64,000 nucleotides of DNA from Candidatus Latescibacterota bacterium (GCA_965219995.1 CBDCOX010000002.1:5248001-5312000); one strand, 5' to 3'; positions 1 to 10,354 are shown, counted from the first letter of the stretch. Program-made: numbers and translations. Notes: generated by a model not told the origin, from the sequence alone.

Positions 1-423
1 GAGCACGCCGTCCTCGACGAGTTTCAGGATCGCCATGCCCGTGTAGAGCTTCCCCATCGAGCCGGACTGGAACACCGTCTCCGGGGTCATGGGCGTCCGC
101 GCGGCGAGATCGGCATGACCGAAGCCCGCCTCCCAGACCACGTCTCCCCGGCGCGCGAGGGCGATGTTGAAACCCGGCGATCCGTAACCGTGCATCAGCG
201 CGGGGATGACCGCGCGCAGGGCGCCGATGAGCCTCAGGTCCTTCTCGTCTTCCGTGCGCACGATTTCGGTCACGGGGATGTCCCGGCCGGACGGGGCCGC
301 TGCGGCGGCCGCCGAGGGTGCGGGGGGCGATGCCCCGTCCGGAGCCGCTCCGCCCCCATCGGGCGTGCAGGCGCCGAGCGCGAGCGTCAGCGACAGCGTC
401 AGAGCCAAAGTTCCCCAGTGCAT
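1..423 (-). CDS. Serine hydrolase, beta-lactamase family, lipoprotein; runs off the window start (partial)
   Basis: Manual translation (not in ORF track): MHWGTLALTLSLTLALGAC lipobox, SPGFNIAL...GFGHADL...MTPETVFQSGSMGK (SxxK); GGAGG upstream of the ATG at 423. Confidence 0.85.
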   Translation of the reverse strand, partial: MHWGTLALTLSLTLALGACTPDGGGAAPDGASPPAPSAAAAAAPSGRDIPVTEIVRTEDEKDLRLIGALRAVIPALMHGYGSPGFNIALARRGDVVWEAGFGHADLAARTPMTPETVFQSGSMGKLYTGMAILKLVEDGVL

Positions 424-462
424 TGCGTTCACCCTCCAGATGGGAAGCCGCGAGGCTTCGCC

Positions 463-2280
463 TCAGTCGTCCTGCCCAAACGCCCAACCGTCGAAGTAGG
501 GCGACACCGCACCACGCCGGATACCCGTTTCCGGGTCGACGTGGATGCCGACCCAGTATCCCCGCCAGCCGGAGGCCTCCGCGCTCGAGACTTCCACCAC
601 CGGCTGGCCCATCGCACGCACCCGCTCCAGCAGCCCCGCATCGAAGGCACCCTCCTCCACCGTCTGGGCGGCGGCGTTCTCGATGGCGACGCCCAGTGCC
701 CGGTCGAGACCGCCGCTCATCGGTCGAAGCACCTGGGGGCTCTCGGCCGCGGCCTTGGGATCGAGCCCGTATTCCAGGATGTTGACGATGGCCTGGTAGG
801 TCTGTTCGTGCACGCCCATGCCGATGCTCGACGAGACGAGCACGGGCTTGCCGTCCCGGGTAATCAGCACCGGGTTGGTCTCGATGGGCAGGCGGTTGCC
901 CGGGCCCGCGCGGGCGATCTTGGTCTGCTGGTACTTGGCCGAATCGGCGATCGCCACGCCGTCGACGAAGATTCCGGTCGTGCCCCAGAGCACCGTGTTG
1001 ATGGTGTGCAGCAGCGCCGCGGCATTGCCCTCGGCGTCCACGGCCACGACCGCGTCCGAGTGATTGCCGGACGACGCTTGCGGACGCGATTCGTAGGCCG
1101 CGACATTGAGGACGCCCCACCCGTCGGTCTGCATGGCCTGCCAGAGGTTCTCCGCCGCCGCCTTGGACGTACGTTCCTCCGGCGCCGTGGCGATTCCCGG
1201 GGCATGGCGCTCGATCAGCGCGGCCGGGGTGACGTGATGGGTGAGCGAGGTGCCCATGATGTCCATGACGCGGGCGATGCGGGTGAGGTGGAACAGCGCC
1301 TCGGGCGACTCGGTGTAGTGGCCGAGCTGCCCGAGGCCCGCCCGTTCGACCAGGTTCAGCGCCTCGATCATGTTCACGCCGCCGAGATTCGGCTGGGCCG
1401 TGGCATGCACGTCGTAGCCGCGGAAGGTCGATGCGAGCGCCGCGTTCCAGGTCGGTTCGTAGCGCTCCAGGTCCTCCATGGCCATCATGCCGCCTTCGGA
1501 CCGCACCGCCTCGACCAGCTTGCGAGCCCACGGGCCGGCATACATGTACTGCGCACCCTGCTCCGCCACCTGCCGCAGGGTGTGGGCAAGTTCCGGCTGC
1601 GCGAAGCGATCGCCCGCGGCATACCAGCTTCCGTCGTCCTTCGTGAAGACGGCTTTCGTCTCCGGCCGCCGGGAGAGGACGTCCTGGCGCATCCCGATCA
1701 TGCCCCCGAGCATCGGCAGCACCTCAAAGCCTTCCTCGGCGAAGTGGATCGCGGGCCCGAACAGCGCCGCGAAGGGCAGCTTGCCGAAGCGTTCGTGCGC
1801 CGCCTCCACGCCCGCCATGAACCCCGGCACCAGCGAGGCGCGCCCGCTCGGCACGCCGTCCTCCGGGATCGTGAGCGGGTCGTCCTCGCCGAGCACCGTG
1901 TTCCAGCCACCGTTGAGGTGGTGGACTTCGCCGGTGGCCGCCTCGAAGACCATGAGGTCCATGAAGCCCGCGTGGCTGACGCAGCAACTCGCCACCAGGG
2001 TGATCTCCGCGAGGGCGTGGGTCAGCACCGCATCGACGGCGCTGCCGCCCTGGTTGAGGGCCTCGAGGCCCGCCCGGGCCGCGGCGGCGGCGGTGGTGCT
2101 GACCAACATGCCGGTCTTCGACTCCGCCCGCGGCTTCTCGGCGCCGAACAGGTTCTCGTATCGCGCGAGCTCTCCCTCGGGCCAGCTTCGCGGGGACAGG
2201 TCAGGGTCGGCCGCCCAGGCGAGGTTGGCGAGAAGGCACAGCAGCAGCGGTGTCAGGCGGGTCACGCGGAACTCCGTCAC
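463..2280 (-). CDS. Gamma-glutamyltransferase-family (Ntn) hydrolase with signal peptide, atypical active site
   Basis: AGLEALNQGGSAVDA, VPGFMAG, FGKLPFAALFGPAIHFAEEGF, VAVDAEGN; Ser where the nucleophile Thr is expected. Confidence 0.88.
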   Translation of the reverse strand: MTEFRVTRLTPLLLCLLANLAWAADPDLSPRSWPEGELARYENLFGAEKPRAESKTGMLVSTTAAAAARAGLEALNQGGSAVDAVLTHALAEITLVASCCVSHAGFMDLMVFEAATGEVHHLNGGWNTVLGEDDPLTIPEDGVPSGRASLVPGFMAGVEAAHERFGKLPFAALFGPAIHFAEEGFEVLPMLGGMIGMRQDVLSRRPETKAVFTKDDGSWYAAGDRFAQPELAHTLRQVAEQGAQYMYAGPWARKLVEAVRSEGGMMAMEDLERYEPTWNAALASTFRGYDVHATAQPNLGGVNMIEALNLVERAGLGQLGHYTESPEALFHLTRIARVMDIMGTSLTHHVTPAALIERHAPGIATAPEERTSKAAAENLWQAMQTDGWGVLNVAAYESRPQASSGNHSDAVVAVDAEGNAAALLHTINTVLWGTTGIFVDGVAIADSAKYQQTKIARAGPGNRLPIETNPVLITRDGKPVLVSSSIGMGVHEQTYQAIVNILEYGLDPKAAAESPQVLRPMSGGLDRALGVAIENAAAQTVEEGAFDAGLLERVRAMGQPVVEVSSAEASGWRGYWVGIHVDPETGIRRGAVSPYFDGWAFGQDD

Positions 2281-2337
2281 GAGCGATGCCCGGCAAGACG
2301 CACGCAGCCGGGGCGTCCCTCAGGAATCCGCCGACAT

Positions 2338-2421
2338 GCAGCTTACCGGCGCACCAACCTGTTCAAGACGCGGCGCGAGCTGATGGACTGGACGGACTAC
2401 ATCGCCGCATCCACCGCCTGA
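2338..2421 (+). pseudogene. 3' remnant of a P4-like tyrosine integrase
   Basis: AAYRRTNLFKTRRELMDWTDYIAASTA* resembles the AAYxRxDLFEKRRxLMxxWxxY C-terminus of P4-type integrases; upstream body absent. Confidence 0.7.
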
Positions 2422-2532
2422 ATGCGAGCTTCCCCCGCCGGGCGCGAAACGCGCTCCGTCCCGCGGTCTGCTCTTGTCCGGCGCCACCCCCGCGAAGTTG
2501 AAAGACCCGCCCGTTGCCACTAAATTCGGGGC

Positions 2533-2901
2533 ATGGTCATCGAACATGCACCCGCCGCCGCGACCACCGAGAAGGCGCTGCGCGAACGCATCCACCGCCT
2601 CTTCTGCAGTGACGCTCCCGCTGGGCCGTCCCCCGTAGCGCCGCCGTTCTGGGTCGGCCCCACGGAGGAGCAGAAGCACACGATGTCCATGGACATCGAG
2701 GAGCGCATCGTGCTCAGGGACGATGTCGAGGTGCACGAGGGCGCGCCGTCGGTCGAAGAACGGTGGCTCAACGCGCCCCACGTCGGTCTCGACGGCGAGT
2801 CTCCCGAGGCGATGCTGACGGGCGGCGAGCACTCGCGCCAGCGCCTCCGCGCGTTCGTCGCGGCCATCGAGGCCGCGGTGCGGCAGGGCTCGTTCAGTTG
2901 A
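2533..2901 (+). CDS. Xre/MbcA/ParS-like antitoxin (DUF2384-type C-terminus)
   Basis: WLNAPHVGLDGESPEAML motif; stop overlaps the TTG start of the RES gene (TTGA). Confidence 0.75.
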   Translation: MVIEHAPAAATTEKALRERIHRLFCSDAPAGPSPVAPPFWVGPTEEQKHTMSMDIEERIVLRDDVEVHEGAPSVEERWLNAPHVGLDGESPEAMLTGGEHSRQRLRAFVAAIEAAVRQGSFS

Positions 2902-3479
2902 ATCCCGCTCGCGCCGGCGAGCTTCCCCTCATCCGTCTTGCCCAGCCCCGCTGGTATCGGTCGGTCGAGGAGCGCTACCGGTTCGATCCGCCGTTCGTCA
3001 GCCGCGAACCCACCCGGTTCAACCGCGGCGACCTTCAGGTGGCGTACTTCGGGCCCGACCAGGTACTGGCCCGATTCGAGGCGCGCGACGTTCTCGGCCA
3101 CTGGTTCGGCGACGCGGTGCCGGCGCCCCGGGACCGGCACGTCTTCGTCGAGTACGCGATCGACCTCGGCCCCGAGCCCGCCATCGTCGACGCGCGCCCG
3201 CCCCAGCTCCGTGCCATCGAGACCACCGTCCAGGAGATGACCGGCGACTGGCACAGCTATCCCTGGGCCGGCGCGAACGCGCCGACCCAGGATCTGGCCA
3301 GCGCCGTCCACGCCCGGCCGGACGCCCCGCTGGGGCTGACGGCTCCCTCCGCGCGCCACCCCCAGCAGGACAACCTGATCCTTTTCGCCGACAGGCTCCC
3401 GCCACGTTCCATCGCCTTCTCCAGAGTCCTGCTCTGGCACAGCGGCCTGCTCGCCAGCCGCCGCCGGGCCAGCCGGTAG
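2898..3479 (+). CDS. RES-domain toxin (MbcT/ParT-like)
   Basis: WYRS...RFN...YFG...ARFE...GLTAPSARH...NLILF (R-E-S pattern); coupled TTG start preferred over 2763. Confidence 0.8.
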   Translation: MNPARAGELPLIRLAQPRWYRSVEERYRFDPPFVSREPTRFNRGDLQVAYFGPDQVLARFEARDVLGHWFGDAVPAPRDRHVFVEYAIDLGPEPAIVDARPPQLRAIETTVQEMTGDWHSYPWAGANAPTQDLASAVHARPDAPLGLTAPSARHPQQDNLILFADRLPPRSIAFSRVLLWHSGLLASRRRASR

Positions 3480-3564
3480 CCTTTCCGCGCAGAGGCGCAA
3501 GCAGGGCCGCCGTCGACAGCCCCTTCCTCTTGAGTTGATTCAGATTCAAAGCGGACGCGGGGGA

Positions 3565-4785
3565 CTACGAAGACCGACCGGACGGTTCGGAAGGAGGCGG
3601 CTCACAGGCGGACGGGATCCAGTGCACGCCAACCTCGAACAGCCGGTCGCCCACATCCTTGAAGTGTGCGAGCGCGTGATACTGTCCCGGCGCATCCGCC
3701 GCCGAAAGGATGCCTCGGTCGCATAGCGTTTGCAGATCCTCGCCCCCAGGCGCCGCGCCCCCCAGCAGCGCGACCCAGTCGGCGTCGTTCACCCCGTCGC
3801 GAAATCGGCCCCCGGGCCAATCCTCCAGGATGACGTTCAGTGCTCCCTGCGCTCCCGCGGAGAGATCGGTTTTGGCCACCTGGCCGAAGAACGCCGCGCG
3901 GTCACGCTCGAACTGCATGCGCTCCCATTCCCACTCGAGGCTCAGGCCGCAAACGTCAACGAACCACTCTACCCACGGGGTGACTTCGTTGCCCTGGGAG
4001 TGCTTGCCGTATTTGCCGAGTTCTTCGTAGTACTGCTCGACCCGGACATCGATCGCGGTGGCGAGGTACCCGGCGCCTTTCCCCCGCCCCCTGAGTACCC
4101 GCTCCGCAATGGCTCGTCCGATGCGCCCGTTCCCGTCCGAGAAGGGGTGAATACGTTCGAACCACAGGTGAGCGATGGCTGCCTTCACGGGCGCCAGCAG
4201 CGCCTGCTCCTGCAGTGGCTCATGCGTCGCGTTCATCGGGAGCGTGAGCGGGCGCCCCAGCCAGTCCAGGTAGTTCGCCATCAGTCGCTCGACCTGATCG
4301 GGACCGGGAGCCTCGTAGACGATCCCTCGCGTCCGGCTGCGGATGTGCACGTCCGTACGTCTGTACGCACCGATCTGCAGGGGTCCACCCCGACTTGGCC
4401 GCCCTCGCTGGTAGCCCAACAGCCGTTCGTGCATGTCGAGGAGAACCGCGCGGCCCAGGGCCGGCGCCGCCCGGCATGCCTCCAGCATGCCGATCACGCC
4501 GGCAGCCCTTGGGTCGGCATCTTCGGCCGGGTCCAGGCCGGTCGCCGCATCCCGCAGGTCGTCGTAGGAAATGTACTCACCTTCTATCTCGCTCGTCGAC
4601 GAGCCTTCCCGCAGCAGCGCACCCTTGACTGCCCTGGCTACCAAGGCCGGGGTCGCAGTCGACTCGTCGGCCAGCTGCGCACGTCGGTCACGAATGTGCC
4701 TGAGTGCGTCGCGGGTAGCGCTCCGCAGCACGTAGTCCCACTCCGGCCAGCCGGGTCTGTCCCAAATCCACATCCGCTCACTCAT
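3565..4785 (-). CDS. Fic family protein with DUF4172-like N-terminus
   Basis: WIWDRPGWPEW N-terminus, STSEIEGE, canonical HPFSDGNGRIGR. Confidence 0.92.
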   Translation of the reverse strand: MSERMWIWDRPGWPEWDYVLRSATRDALRHIRDRRAQLADESTATPALVARAVKGALLREGSSTSEIEGEYISYDDLRDAATGLDPAEDADPRAAGVIGMLEACRAAPALGRAVLLDMHERLLGYQRGRPSRGGPLQIGAYRRTDVHIRSRTRGIVYEAPGPDQVERLMANYLDWLGRPLTLPMNATHEPLQEQALLAPVKAAIAHLWFERIHPFSDGNGRIGRAIAERVLRGRGKGAGYLATAIDVRVEQYYEELGKYGKHSQGNEVTPWVEWFVDVCGLSLEWEWERMQFERDRAAFFGQVAKTDLSAGAQGALNVILEDWPGGRFRDGVNDADWVALLGGAAPGGEDLQTLCDRGILSAADAPGQYHALAHFKDVGDRLFEVGVHWIPSACEPPPSEPSGRSS

Positions 4786-4916
4786 CGTTCACCTCCACGC
4801 CGCGAGACGTGGGGACCGTCGCGCGGCGCGGATAAGGCCCTCTCGACGACGCGACCACCGCTCAACCGTAGCCTCGCTACCCTTCGGACCCCCGCCCATA
4901 CTTCGCACCCCCTAAA

Positions 4917-7556
4917 TCAGACCGTTGGCGGCCCGACCTTCGCCAGAATTTGGGCCCGCGTGTCGGCGCCGTCGACTAGCTTCTCCGCAATCAGGAACAG
5001 GCACGTCCCGTCGCTCCTTCGCTCCCACAGTTCCCCAACGGTGCGCTTCTCGGCGGTGTCGGAACCTTCGGCGATGTGCGAACCCTTGTACTCCACTACC
5101 AGCAACCGGCCGTCTTCCAGCAGCGCGACGAAGTCGGGGTAGAACCTACCCCTCGCGGTTGGCAGCCAGAACGACGCGGGGTGCCTGGCGACATTCCTCA
5201 CCCAGCACTTCACCCCGGTCACGCTGTCGAGCGCCTGGGCGCAACGGAACTCCTCGCCGTCCCCGGCACCGTCGAAGGCCGGAACCCGGTCGGGGCCGAG
5301 AAAGTGCTTCGTCGGCTTCCAGGGCCCGCGATAGCGACGCTGGTCAGGATACATGCCGTCCTCGAACACGAAGGTGTGGTCGAACGAGACTGCCGTCTTG
5401 GCATCGGGCGTGAGTAGACGCCGCTGATAGACCCCAGCCCGTTCTTCATGACGGGCCGCCGCGATCTTCTCCCGCACCCTGCGCGCAAGGATGAACTTGC
5501 AGCGCATCAATGCGGCGATGTGCATTCCCCGCGCCTCGACCAGATGACTCACAAGGCGGCTGAGCCAGCCCAGCATCTCCCCTTGGGCAATGTCCGGCTG
5601 CCGCAACTGGCGGTCGAGCCACAGCACCAGGGCCTGCTGCGTCCACCCCTCGACCTGCACATCCAACGGCAACTGCTCCTCCTCGGTCGAAAACTGGTAG
5701 GAGATGCGGTTTCCGTCCAGATCGATCTCGAAGCTGCGCGCCGTGGTGCGGATGTCGAACTCGCCCTTGCCCAGCCTCCACGGATGATCGAGAAGCGACC
5801 AGTCGTGGTACTCCATGAACACGTCGGTGTCGGCCAACTCCAACGTGCCCTGAACCTCGGACATGAGACGGGGAGCGAGGATAGTCTCGCCAAGCTCCGC
5901 GGGCGAGAGCATGCCCCGCGTCCGCGCCCGATACCCCGCGACGGCCTTGGCAAACTCGCCGCGTTCGCGTTCAGGTAGCGACGCGGAGATCCTCGTCTCG
6001 AGTTCCGCATCGAAGCGACCGACAACCACGACTTCAACTTGGTCGCCAGGGGTTTCGTAAACCGCCACTGCATCACGCATCTCGAGGTCTGAAATCACCT
6101 CCGGGGCGGCAGGGATCGTGTATCTGAATGTAGGTTCGGATACGTCCTGCCAAGAGAGCAGATCCTCCTCAATGCCGAGCTCCCCTTGCGTTTGCTCGAT
6201 GCTGTCGCGGGCTTCCTCCTCGTCAAAGCCCATCTGGACCAGCTTGTCGACGAGCGCTCGAGCCGCCTCCCCGAACGACGGGTCCGACAGATAGGCGTAA
6301 GCCCTATTCAGTTCGTCAGCCCCGCGACGTTTCGCGTAGGGCATCCGCAACACTCGCCCAAGCAACTGCTCGACATCCACCGCGCTCCGGATGCGCGACA
6401 CGGAACAGAAGACATAGGCGAATGAGCAATCCCAGCCCTCCTTCAGCGCTTCGACCGTGATGACATGCTCGATCGCGCAGCCCGGATCGAACAGGTCGAT
6501 CCCATCAAGTTCGCGCTGGTCGCCAGTGGCGACGGCGATGCGGTCGTCTGGTATCTGCTCGACCTCTTTCAGGTGCCGCCTCAACGCGGCGACGGTCACT
6601 TCCTCATTCCTCTTCTGCGCCTGGAACAGGACGATCGGGCGGATGCCGTCAGGATCATCCGCGGCCGCCTCGCCCAGAGCCTTTCGCGCGGCTACCGCTC
6701 CATTCACCGCTTCCTGCCATGTGTCGTGCTCCGAGAGCATCACCGGCAGCTTGACCATCTCCTCGGCCTTCAACTCGGTCGCCGACACGCTGTGGAGGAT
6801 GTTCGAGTTGAGGCGAGGCGTCGCGCTGAACTCAACGACGGCACAGGGGTTCACCCGGCCCTGCATCTCCCGCGTCAGTCCGGTCACGGCGTTGTGGGCT
6901 TCATCGACGATCATCAACGGGCGATGAAGATGCATCAGATTCGCGAAAGAAAACTTCGGGCCACCGTCCGCCAACAACTCCAGACCTGACGCGGCGGGCC
7001 CCACCTCCGTAAAGTGCGGCTCCATGTCCTCGTTGTGTGCGTAGACCCTGCGACCTTCGGTGCTCTTGACGCGCAGAGTCTGGATCGTTCCAACGACGAT
7101 ACAGCATTGACCTCGAATGTCCTGCGGGCGGATCGTGGCGAAGTCCGCGATGTCGAACACGCGCACGCGTCCATCAAACGCTTCGTCAAGCACCCGTCGG
7201 TACGGGTGGCGTGGGTTCTTCAACGCCTCGGTTGTCTGCTGCCGAATCGTCTTCGTCGGAACCAGCCACAGGGCCATGGGCCAGTCCTTCTCGATCCAGG
7301 CGTCGCGCGCCACAGCGACGGCATGCGCGGCGAGGATCGTCTTGCCGCCACCCGTCGGCAGGCGCAGACAGACGTACGGAACCTCCGGCAAGCCCGACAA
7401 CGGCCGGTAGGTACCACCATAGCTACCAAGGCGACCGGACTGGACTGGTTCTCGCGTCACGGCCTCATAGGCGTTCTTCGACCCGGCGATCCGTGCCTCC
7501 TCGAAGAAGCGGCGAAGGACATCGAGGGTTTCGGTCTGATAACGCTTGAGGTCCAC
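4917..7556 (-). CDS. res: Type III restriction enzyme Res subunit (SF2 helicase + PD-(D/E)xK nuclease)
   Basis: LPTGGGKT, IVDEAH, SAT, LKEGWD, EQLLGRVLR, FYPDF...VEYKG; directly downstream of mod. Confidence 0.92.
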   Translation of the reverse strand: MDLKRYQTETLDVLRRFFEEARIAGSKNAYEAVTREPVQSGRLGSYGGTYRPLSGLPEVPYVCLRLPTGGGKTILAAHAVAVARDAWIEKDWPMALWLVPTKTIRQQTTEALKNPRHPYRRVLDEAFDGRVRVFDIADFATIRPQDIRGQCCIVVGTIQTLRVKSTEGRRVYAHNEDMEPHFTEVGPAASGLELLADGGPKFSFANLMHLHRPLMIVDEAHNAVTGLTREMQGRVNPCAVVEFSATPRLNSNILHSVSATELKAEEMVKLPVMLSEHDTWQEAVNGAVAARKALGEAAADDPDGIRPIVLFQAQKRNEEVTVAALRRHLKEVEQIPDDRIAVATGDQRELDGIDLFDPGCAIEHVITVEALKEGWDCSFAYVFCSVSRIRSAVDVEQLLGRVLRMPYAKRRGADELNRAYAYLSDPSFGEAARALVDKLVQMGFDEEEARDSIEQTQGELGIEEDLLSWQDVSEPTFRYTIPAAPEVISDLEMRDAVAVYETPGDQVEVVVVGRFDAELETRISASLPERERGEFAKAVAGYRARTRGMLSPAELGETILAPRLMSEVQGTLELADTDVFMEYHDWSLLDHPWRLGKGEFDIRTTARSFEIDLDGNRISYQFSTEEEQLPLDVQVEGWTQQALVLWLDRQLRQPDIAQGEMLGWLSRLVSHLVEARGMHIAALMRCKFILARRVREKIAAARHEERAGVYQRRLLTPDAKTAVSFDHTFVFEDGMYPDQRRYRGPWKPTKHFLGPDRVPAFDGAGDGEEFRCAQALDSVTGVKCWVRNVARHPASFWLPTARGRFYPDFVALLEDGRLLVVEYKGSHIAEGSDTAEKRTVGELWERRSDGTCLFLIAEKLVDGADTRAQILAKVGPPTV

Positions 7557-7561
7557 GCCGC

Positions 7562-9115
7562 TCAGGCCCTTGACCCGATGTCGTAGGGCGTCTGCTTGAA
7601 GACAATGCCCTCGCGCTCAAGCGTCTCCGTGGCGAGGCGCGACTGCTCACCGTACACCGTGAGCGGCCCGGCGAATCCCTGCTCAGCCCCGGCGGCTTTC
7701 TCGCGGATCAGGGCCAGGGTTCGCCGCGTCAGCACGTTCCCAGCGTCCGATCGCTTGTCTCCCAGCACTCCGTTGTAAAGCAGCGCCCATGCCCGCCCGT
7801 CGTGAATCCCAAGCAGCGGGGAGCGGCCGTCACCACCCCAGGGGGTCCCGGTCTCCGAAAACCACACGTGAGCAGCGAGCGCCGAGAACCGGATGTCGGG
7901 ACAGATCTGCCCGTTCGCATCGAAGGCAGGCGGCCCGAGTCTATAGAACCGGAAGCCGCCGCCGCCCTTCCAACCTACGCGTTCGGAGATGCCCCCCTGG
8001 TCGCCACCGACTACCTTTTGCAGACGAGAAGCACAATGCGTGACCGCGTGCTCTCCCATCTCCACGCCGATCCAGCGCCGCCCCATCTTCTGAGCAACAG
8101 CTGCGGTTGTCCCCGACCCAAGGAAGGAGTCGAGAACCAGATCGCCGGCATTCGTAGCGATGTGGATCACCCGTTCAATCAGTGCCTCAGGCTTGGGAGT
8201 CGAGAAAGGCGTTTCGCCCTCAAACAGGCTCACGACTTCACTCTTGGCCGTCCCTGTGGTACCAACTTCCTTGTGTGTCCAATGAGTTGACGGTACCAGC
8301 CCACTCTGGACCTCAGATAGGAAGTTTTTCAGTCGTGGAGCATTGTTTCCGTTCTCCCCGAACCAGATCCGGTTTTCGGCGCACATTTCGAGGAACCGAT
8401 CCTCCGTGTACAGCCAGCATCTTCCGGGCGGGGGATCGAGCTCGCGACCCGAAGGCAGCGTGATGGTGAAGAACTGCTCACGCCGCCGCCCCTTCTCGGC
8501 CTTTGCGTGAATGGGAAGCGACGCCCACCTTCCCCGTGGGTCACCATCAGGATTCTTGAATCTCTGGAGTTGCTCTTCGGACTTCGGTAACGGATTCCTG
8601 ACCTCACGCCAGATCGCACGGTTCTTTGCATACACCAGAATGTTGTCGTGGACGTTCGCGATGTCCGTCCGGTTCTCTCGTGTATGTGTACGCTGCCACA
8701 CGATGTCCGCCACAAAGGAGCTCCGCCCCAACACCTCGTCCATGACGACCTTGAGGTAGTGTGCCTCGTTGTCGTCGATCGACACCCATATCGAGCCATC
8801 TTCGCTTAGCAGTTCCCGCAGTAGCTCAAGCCTCGGCCACATCATGCCGAGCCAGCGCGTGTGCTCCAGATTATCGTCGTATTGCTCGAACGCCGAATGG
8901 GTGTTGTATGGAGGGTCGATGTAGATGCACTTGACCCGCCCAGCATAGAACGGCAGCAGAGCCTTCAGGGCGTCGAGATTGTCGCCCTGAATGAGCATGT
9001 TCCCGGTGTGTGCTTCGCCGCTCGAGTACTTAGCGACCTCCTCAAGCAGACGATACGGCACCTGGCCCGTCGCGCGGATGTCGTCCTCCCGGGTCAGCCA
9101 GTTCAAGGTGGGCAT
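7562..9115 (-). CDS. mod: Type III RM Mod subunit, adenine DNA methyltransferase
   Basis: LIQGDNL, IYIDPPYN, FSTPKPE, VLDSFLGSGTT. Confidence 0.93.
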   Translation of the reverse strand: MPTLNWLTREDDIRATGQVPYRLLEEVAKYSSGEAHTGNMLIQGDNLDALKALLPFYAGRVKCIYIDPPYNTHSAFEQYDDNLEHTRWLGMMWPRLELLRELLSEDGSIWVSIDDNEAHYLKVVMDEVLGRSSFVADIVWQRTHTRENRTDIANVHDNILVYAKNRAIWREVRNPLPKSEEQLQRFKNPDGDPRGRWASLPIHAKAEKGRRREQFFTITLPSGRELDPPPGRCWLYTEDRFLEMCAENRIWFGENGNNAPRLKNFLSEVQSGLVPSTHWTHKEVGTTGTAKSEVVSLFEGETPFSTPKPEALIERVIHIATNAGDLVLDSFLGSGTTAAVAQKMGRRWIGVEMGEHAVTHCASRLQKVVGGDQGGISERVGWKGGGGFRFYRLGPPAFDANGQICPDIRFSALAAHVWFSETGTPWGGDGRSPLLGIHDGRAWALLYNGVLGDKRSDAGNVLTRRTLALIREKAAGAEQGFAGPLTVYGEQSRLATETLEREGIVFKQTPYDIGSRA

Positions 9116-9402
9116 TCGTCTTCCCTCTCACGCCAGTGTCCGGATTGCAAAAACACCCCCATCGCGACAGTCACCGGATTGCCTGACCCCTCAGGTGTAC
9201 GCAGAACGAACCACCGATGTGCTGACTGCATCTCCCCTACCGTGCCCCGATCCGGGGCCATCGCCGTCCAGCAGGAACTCCCTCGCAACTCCTCCGTCCC
9301 GACCTGGCAGCGGCAAGGCAGTTTGGATCAATCGGCTGTCTTCGACGGACGTTTCGGAGGCCAGAAAGTCTATACAAAAGAGTGAAAATCGCGAAACATC
9401 GG

Positions 9403-10308
9403 TCACATGGAAGCCTGGCGCATCACCTCCCCGAAGCTGATGCCGGTGCCCCAGAGTTCCCGGTAGCCGGAAGCGAAAATGTGGGCGAACACGGAGCCGT
9501 GGGTCTCGTCGTCGAAGCGCCGAATGGTGACGTCGAGGCCTGGATCGCTGGCCTGCAACCGGTGCAGCAGGGCGACGCCGCGCTCGATGTACTGCGCGAG
9601 GTAGGGGTCTTCCTCTTCCGCTCCGCCGTATCCGCAAAACACGCGCTGGGGCCTGGCTGCCGTCATGGCGCCGAACCGGGTCTCCCGCTCGGGCAGGGTC
9701 CTCTCCAGCACGTCCGTGCCGAACGAACCGACGATGAACCGGCTGAACGGGGTCTGCTTGCGCAGCAGCGTGTCCACCGCGAAGTCGCCGCCCGAAGAGT
9801 GTCCGGCCACCCCGACCTCGTCGGGATCGATGCGGTACCGGGACGTCATGTCCGGGAGGACCTGGTCGGCCAGAAAGGCATGGAACGCGTCCGTACCGCC
9901 AAAGCCGTCCTCGAACCGCATGCCGGCCGCCTCGAACATCTTCTCGTACACCTCCCAGAACGAGAACTCGGCGCCCGGCGGCGCGGCGCGTATCTCGTCG
10001 GTGGGCACCTCGGCGGAGTAGTCGATGGTGCGCTGGATCCCGTGTACGCCCGGGGGCGCGGTCGATATGCCCGCCACGATGGCCGGCCTGGCCTCTCCGA
10101 TGGTGGACATCAGGGACACCATGTCGACGGCCGCCCCCAGGAACATGCCGCCGTCCAGCAGGATGAGCAGCGGATACGGCTGATCGCTCTGCTCGTACCC
10201 CGGAGGGGTCCAGATCCAGACGTCATAGTCGATGCCGTTGCTGTCCGCGGTCACGACCTCGTGCGTGAGGTCCTGCATGGACTGCGGCAGTCGGATTCCG
10301 GTGTTCAT
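9403..10308 (-). CDS. Alpha/beta hydrolase, IroE/BesA-like esterase
   Basis: YPLLILLDG, GHSSGG nucleophile elbow, ETHGS. Confidence 0.85.
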   Translation of the reverse strand: MNTGIRLPQSMQDLTHEVVTADSNGIDYDVWIWTPPGYEQSDQPYPLLILLDGGMFLGAAVDMVSLMSTIGEARPAIVAGISTAPPGVHGIQRTIDYSAEVPTDEIRAAPPGAEFSFWEVYEKMFEAAGMRFEDGFGGTDAFHAFLADQVLPDMTSRYRIDPDEVGVAGHSSGGDFAVDTLLRKQTPFSRFIVGSFGTDVLERTLPERETRFGAMTAARPQRVFCGYGGAEEEDPYLAQYIERGVALLHRLQASDPGLDVTIRRFDDETHGSVFAHIFASGYRELWGTGISFGEVMRQASM

Positions 10309-10354
10309 GGTGTCGCTCCCAAGTCTGGTTTCGCGCGGCTACTCCGCACCGACA

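Noticed and set aside
115-2421. 768-aa + strand ORF
   Set aside because: Antisense shadow of the GGT gene in GC-rich DNA; only the last ~27 codons look real (integrase remnant)
9120-9400. Possible gene remnant or att site at the islet edge
   Set aside because: No recognisable motif and no repeat matching the 2.3-2.5 kb edge found by eye
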